Assembly (NCBI RefSeq): GCF_009914755.1
Contig: NC_060930.1
Length of the DNA stretch: 64,000 bases
Source: the human T2T-CHM13v2.0 reference genome, Homo sapiens
Direction: 5' to 3' (one strand)
Shown here: positions 57,541-64,000 of the stretch, in pieces
Position numbering within the stretch: the stretch's first letter is position 1
How the letters are laid out: each line of letters starts with the position of its first letter
Notes under the pieces: model-generated
The model's input: the letters and a program-made list of their open reading frames with translations, nothing else
Databases searched by the model: none
What the model was told of the DNA's origin: nothing
Made by a program: the position numbers and the translations under genes

Positions 57541-59265
57541 GCTGTCAAACAAAAAACATAAATTCACAATTGATTCTAAGGTCTCGTTTTGGGTGGGGAG
57601 ATTTTAGAAGGGGTTTTCTTGCTCTTAAAAGGAAGAACAAAGACTTTACTGCATGGGAATAAAAAAGCTTGCAGCTGCTTCAGTCATCTTGTAACCATGA
57701 GAACAGTAGCTGGCTCTCTGAGAAAGGCAAGGATTAAAACTGGAAAAAAAAATGAGTCCACGATGACATTGCTAAGGCCTTGAAGTATCCAATGTTGAAA
57801 TCACTCTACCTTCAGCACTTCTGTTATATGAGATAAGAAATGTTTCTCAGTGTTCAAGTCATTCTTAATTGTATCCAAGGTTTCTTCCAGAAAAATATAC
57901 CACTGAATGCCGGGAAAACTGCTTTAGGTTACTTGTGGTCAGTAATTGGATTCTTGGCACTGATGAAAGAGTGCCAAGAGAGACAAGAGAGGCCAAGAAA
58001 AGTTTAAATAAGATTTTTATTTGTCCTCTGGTTTTGAAGCTAAACTATGCATGTACTTAAGTTTCTAAATGGGACTATACAAGAAAAATAATCATTTTCT
58101 CTGCTTCCCTTCTAAAAAATCAAGACCATAGTTTCACTGTTATCTTTGGCCATCAGTCTTAGAGTGTGTAGGTAATATTTGACCCTTCTTTATTTTTCAT
58201 ATCCTGAGAAACATTGGCACACAATGGTTACAAGCTTGGGTTCTGAGTTCAGACTGATAGCATTCAAGTTCAAGCTTCCTACCCAGCGCTGTGCCAACTA
58301 TATTGAAACAAAAGGAGAAACAGTAATAATCATTCTGCCTTTGTTTAAAATGTTGATATTTTCTTCATCATATATTTTTGCATTAATTTTGAAAATTTAA
58401 ACTCTGCCTGAAAATATTATTTGTTTCAATTTTTGAGTGTTTTGGAGGACTCCAATTTTGCACCCATGGTACTTAACTCACTTTTCTCTAGTCCTGGTAC
58501 TTCCCCAACCTATTAGCTCTATGATATTGAGAAGATTAACTTTTGCCATGTCTATAAAATTTATCAATGCCTTGCTTTCCCAAAGTCACTATTCCAAATC
58601 AAGACCTCAACCTTCCAGTGCCTGTTATTCCTCTATTCAAACTCTCTGTACTCCAATTTAGAACATATTCAGTTAGTGGGAAAAAGGATAAAGTACTCTG
58701 TGCTTCCATTTGCTGAACCATAAAATGACAATAAGACTGCATAAGGATCTTATGCGTAATACATGAGATAATATAGACAAATCAAATGGTACGATGCCTG
58801 CTAATTAGTAAACATCAACGTGAAGAAATAAGCAAGATTGTCTGTTGAATGACCAAAATGTTCTTTTCAGCTTGCTAGCCAGAACTAATAGCTTCCCCTC
58901 CCCTCAACAGGAGGCCTGTGTATGATCTCAGTTTCTCCCAAACTCTTCAAGTGCTACACAACTGGTGTTTCCAGCATTCCCTGATGCATTTAGCACCTAA
59001 ACTCTGACTGCATAGCGCTCAAACCCAAATGATTAACCCCAACCTTAATGCTACCCTTATGCTTTCCTTCCAAGGAAAGAACAACTAAGAGGTGGAGTCT
59101 CTAGATTTGCCCATCTGCATCTGTCTGATCCACTCCACAGGAAGGCAAGAAAACAGGGGTCCCAGGAATCTTCTGCCCTTCTGCCCATGACTCTGCCTGC
59201 ACCAGACGACACTTACTGGTGTTCACTCAAGCACAGTGTACGTAAACTTTTTGGTGTAAAGCATG

Positions 59266-59628
59266 TGTATTAGTCCGTTTCCATACTGCTGATAAAGACA
59301 CACCTGAGACTGGGTAATTTATAAAGAAAAAGAGGTATAATGGATTCACAGTTCCACTTTGCTGAAGAAGCCTCACAATCATGATGGAAGGTGAAAGGCA
59401 TGTCTTACATGGTGGCCAGCAAAAGAAAATGAGAGCCAAGTGAAAAGGGAAACCCCTTATAAAACCATCAGATCTCAGGAGACTTATTCACTACCACAAG
59501 AACAGTATGCGAGAAACTGTCCCCATTGATTCAATTATCTCCCACTGGGGCCCTCCCACAACATGTGGGAATCATGGGAGCTCTAATTCAAGATGATATT
59601 TGGGTGGGGACACTATCAAACCATATCA
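59266..59628 (-). mobile_element. THE1 solo LTR
   Basis: tgtattagtccgtttccatactgctgataaagac...gggacactatcaaaccatatca; flanks gcatg/gcata. Confidence 0.9.
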
Positions 59629-62249
59629 GCATAGAGGGCAGATAATATGGTTTAATAAATGTTAGATAATTATCAGTTTAATTTTCATGACCATTTACCT
59701 CAAACATACAATGCTCCATAAATGCAGGCTGCTATAAATATTAGCATGAGATCACTTAGTCACCACGCCCTCATAGCGAACCTTGGTAAGGTCCATGAAA
59801 TCCAAAGACTGTTTTCATTGGAACTCATGAAACAACTAATGTTTGCCCCTGACCTCCCAGAAAATATTCAGATCCAAATATTTGGAACTAAATTGAGGTA
59901 AAGGTTTTTTTTTAATGTCATGAATGCTACCCAAACCAGGAACAATTAAACTTGGTATATGTTGCTGTATGTACCTTCTGTATGGTAGTACTCAATATGA
60001 GCTTGGCTAAGCAAAGCAGAGATTTCTCTTTTACAACAATTATTGAGCACTGATTATGTACAATATTCTAAGTGTAATATATAATTGATATCTAGGTGGT
60101 TCTAATTTTGGTATGTGAGGAAAGTTATTTCAAAATACATAGAGATAATTTTCTAGACCTAAAGAAATAATTTTAAGTGACCAGTTTTTCTCCCTTTCTG
60201 TAAATATGTATATGAATATTTTTGCTTCTGTTGGTGAAAATTTTATCAAGTTAAGAAAAATTTTAGCAAATTATGTGTCATTTAATATGCCCTGAGTTAC
60301 ATGTCAATTTTTGCTTAAATTACTGTGAAATTACTTAGTCTTTGTCTTGAAGGTAAACAAATTTCTTTAGAACTTTCCCAATGCCAAATGAAACTTCAGA
60401 TGTGTTTCCTCATTCCCATCCCACCGCCTAAGTTGGGAAGAAAGAAAAAACAGATAGGAAAAACAAAACAAAAATGTTTTTAAAATCTGAAGTGGTGGGT
60501 CAGTATATGCATAAAACAATGCTCTTTCCACTAAGTCAATAGGTTTCTTAGACTCAGAAATGTAGCTGAGAGAATACAAAGACTTATGAAACAGTTTGGG
60601 CTCAAGGTCTGGCATTATTTGTTAATAGTCAAATATTTCTTAAGGTTATAGGGTAGAAATGCTAATTTAATTTATTTCTAAGCAGAATCCATTGGAAACA
60701 AGAAGCTTGCACAGTGAATTTAATAGTCTTCTGAGACTTTGGGTCCTGGAGTTTTCAGCATCAACAATACTAGGCACAGGTGTTTACGAATAAACAAAAA
60801 TATGTGCTTATACATTCACAGTGAAATTTGGTGTCTTCATTGACCTGATGTTTACTGAAGACATTATACTTTAAAGCTTTTTAAGTCCAAACAGTTTCTC
60901 TTAAGTTGGGCCACTTGTCCTGGGTATGTTTGGTTGACTTCACTGATGTTAGAACTGCCGTTTTTAATTTTGTCATCACGGTGGAAGAGATTTCAACCTC
61001 TTAGAGCCAAATGCCTTTTTTTCTCCCATGAATTTATTGCGTTCTTATTTTCTGTTTTATTTCAAATTGAAAGTAAAGACAAAATTAGAGACATAAGTAA
61101 AACATCCAAGGAAGTCAAGCATTCAAAAAATGTTTATTGCAACACCTTTATTCCTCTGTATTTAACCCCTAAGATGAGTTTATATCCTGCCAGTGGACGT
61201 TTCTAAATGTATAGTACTGGAATTACATATTTTCTTATTATTTTTTCTTGAAAAATGCAGGAAGGATGGCTATATTTGTATATATTGCTTCAGTTCCAGA
61301 AGCAACACTTGATATTTTGGCATCTGATAAGCCACTTTTGTTGTAACCAAAATAGTAATAATTTATAGTCCTAAAACCATGTTCCAAAAATAGATTTTCC
61401 ACACAGAAGCATTTTAAGAGAGGCTCATTTTTTGAGATCCTCTTTTTATATTCACTTATATTGATCCTTTAAAATTATTTATGCTAAAATAATAATTGGG
61501 GAAGAACTGACTAACTGATAGCAATTTGAGAGGAACAAAGGTAAAAATAATAATGAAATGCAGAGGTGGAGGCCAATGAAAATTGAATCCAGCTACTGTG
61601 CTATAATCTTTGCATTTGATAATTTTGTTTACAGTATAAAAGAGTATTTCAAGGATCCTCACATGGACAGAAATGTGGAATAAAAGCTATGCTGTAAAAT
61701 TTTCTTGAAACTAAATATGTAGGATAAAATAAATTTTTATTTAACACTTTAGCAGGATATACAAATATTGAATAATTAGATTTCAGACTGAGTAATCAGA
61801 TTGTAAAATAAATCATGAGATGCTTCTATAGAGCACCTTTCAGATGCTTTTGTAAAGAGAAGAGTATGAGGAAACCACATTTTCATATATTTAAATGCCT
61901 TACTTTACAAATGAGTGAATACTTTGCTATTGCCATACTTAGGAATAAATGTTCTATTTTAAAAATAGAACATTTAAATAGTTGTATACAATCACTTGAA
62001 CAATAAATCAAAATTATATAAGTGATTTAACTTCAAAACTAAGTGTCTGAATAGATTTTCATTCAATGAGATTTTTAACATAGAGACCATATACATAGGT
62101 TGAAATTTTCTGGAGTCTCTTATCTTTAGCTCAATGAACACTCCTCAAAGCATGATGACATTAAAAGTTGGGTTAATAAAATTCCCATGGTGCTTCTAAT
62201 ATTAACTTCACTTGGAGGATTGATTTTACAAAAATTCTAATTGCAATAT

Positions 62250-62432
62250 AATTTTTTCCTGTTCTTTTTTCCTGTTCAGTCTCTCTTTCTCTATTTCCTC
62301 CTCTTTCTCTTCTTCCTCCTCCTCCTTCTTCTTCCTCTTCCTCCTATTCCTCTTCCTCTTCTTCTTCTTCCTCTTCCTCTTCTTCTTCTTTTCTCTCTCA
62401 CTGTCTCTAAATCTCACTCACTCTCTCTCCTT
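62250..62432. repeat. Polypyrimidine (CTT/CCT/CT)n tract
   Basis: Source of the K/R/E-rich ORF 62226..62417. Confidence 0.9.
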
Positions 62433-62497
62433 ATGACTTCTGGATAATACCAATATTAGACTAAAATGACCAGTCTGTCCCTCTCCTCTAGAGAGTT

Positions 62498-62562
62498 CTA
62501 TGGTCTAAATGTCTACGCCCTCACAAAATTCATATGTTGACATCCAAATCCCAAAGCGATAG
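62498..62562 (+). mobile_element. MST/MLT1A LTR 5' fragment cut by the HERV-H insertion
   Basis: ctatggtctaaatgt...caaaattcatatgttga. Confidence 0.65.
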
Positions 62563-62983
62563 TGTCAGGCCTCTGAGCCAAGCTAAGCCATCATATCCCC
62601 TGTGACCTGCATGTACACATCCAGATGGCCAGTTCCCACCTTAACTGATGACATTCCACCACAAAAGAAGTGAAAGTGGCCGGTCCCTGCCTTAACTGAT
62701 GACATTACCTTGTGAAATTCCTTCTCCTGGCTCATCCTAGCTCAAAAGCTCCCCCACTGAGCACCTTGTGACCCCCCCACCCCTGCCCGCCAGAGAATAA
62801 CCCCCCTTTGACTGTAATTTTCCTTTACCTACCCAAATCTTATAAAACGGCCGCACCCCATCTCCCTTCACTGACTCTCTTTTCAGACTCAGCCCGCCTG
62901 CACCCAGGTGAAATAAACAGCCTTGTTGCTCACTCAAAGCCTGTTTGGTGGTCTCTTCACACAGACATGAGTGAAATGTGAAA
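62563..62983 (+). mobile_element. LTR7 (HERV-H 5' LTR)
   Basis: tgtcaggcctctgagccaagctaagccatc start; repeated ccttaactgatgacatt blocks; tataaaa at 62841; aataaa at 62912; end gtctcttcacacagacatgagtgaaa. Confidence 0.95.
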
Positions 62984-64000
62984 TTTGGTGCCGTGACTCG
63001 GATCGGGGGACCTCCCTTGGGAGATCAATCTTCTGTCCTCCTACTCTTTGCTCTGTGACAAAGATCCACCTGCAACCTCTGGTCCTCAGACTAACCAGCC
63101 CAAGGAACACCTCACCAATTTTAAATCGGGTAAGCAGCCTCTTTCTACTCTCTTCTCCAACCTCTCTCACTATCCTTCAACCTCTTTCTCCTTTCAATCT
63201 TGGCGCCACACTTCAATCTCTCCCTTCTCTTAATTTCAGTTCCTTTCCTTTTCTGGTAGAGACAAAGGAGACGCATTTTATCCATGAACCCAAAACTCCG
63301 GAGCCGGTCACGGACTCGGGAAAACAGTCTTCCCTTGGTGTTTAATCACGCGGGGACAACTGCCTGATTATTCACCCACGTTTCAGAGGTGTGTGACCAC
63401 GTGGGAACGCCTGTCTTGGTCCTTCACCCTTAGCAGCAAGCACCGCTTTTCTGGGGGGCAAGCACCTCCAACCCCTTCCCTCCATGTCTCTACCCCTTCT
63501 CCACTTTCCTGGGGGGCAAGCACCCCCCCCACCCCTTCTCTCCATGTCTCTACCCTCTCTTTTCTCTGGACTTAGCTCCTTCACTATGGACAACCTTCCA
63601 CCCTCCATTCCTCCCTCTTCTCCCTTAGCCTGTGTTCTCAAAGACCTCTTCAACTCACACCTGACCTAAAATCTAAATGCCTTATTTTCTTCTGCACTGC
63701 CACTTGACCCCAATACAAACTGGACAGTGGTTCCAAATAGCCAGAAAACAGCACTTTCGACTTTTCCACCCTACAAGACCTAAAAAATTCTTGTCCTAAA
63801 ATGGGCAAACGGTCTGAGGTGCCTGACGTCCAGGCATTCTTTTACACATCGGTCCCTCCCTAGTCTCTGTTCCCAATGCAGCTTGTCCCAAACTTCCTTC
63901 TTTCCCTCCCGCCTGTCCCCTCAGTCCCAACCCCAAGCATCACTGAGTCTTTCCTCTTTCCAATCTTCCTTTTCTACAGACCCAATGACCTCTCCCCTCC
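62984..64000 (+). mobile_element. HERV-H internal region (leader/pre-gag), continuing past the window
   Basis: PBS-His; splice donor cgg|gtaagc at 63130; C-rich ggggcaagcacc repeats. Confidence 0.93.
62986..63003 (+). other. Primer-binding site for tRNA-His
   Basis: tggtgccgtgactcggat is complementary to the 3' 18 nt of tRNA-His. Confidence 0.93.

Noticed and set aside
62226-62417. K/R/E-rich minus-strand ORF resembling triadin composition
   Set aside because: Simple-repeat translation with no convincing splice sites; not part of the triadin sequence I recognise
62934-63669. ORFs in the HERV-H leader
   Set aside because: Non-coding leader/pre-gag sequence with no recognisable intact Gag frame

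Overview
Human (primate) genomic DNA, AT-rich and repeat-dense, lying entirely inside the triadin gene TRDN on the minus strand, from intron 2 (right end) to intron 9 (left end). I traced seven canonical coding exons by hand (exons 3-9: 159, 33, 60, 66, 60, 183 and 60 nt, all phase 1/1 with AG/GT ends). Also present are the cardiac Trisk32/CT1 exon-8 read-through tail (GKHSEQEAAGGSKRILGKKHMQ*) and a short alternative terminal exon after exon 5 (EVGHSS*). Almost all ORFs in the supplied track are Alu, L1, LTR or microsatellite artefacts. The rest is Alu, L1, L2, MIR, MaLR, DNA transposons and, at the right end, an LTR7/HERV-H provirus 5' end antisense to TRDN. The most interesting region is the isoform switch at exons 8-9. 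It has a perfect 40-bp inverted repeat just upstream of exon 8 carrying a consensus 5' splice site on each strand, an in-frame candidate terminal exon in intron 8 (48 aa, with branch point, polypyrimidine tract and AATAAA), and a possible exon-9 read-through ending with twin AATAAA and three RBFOX motifs. Repeat subfamily calls and boundaries are by eye and approximate; no database was searched.
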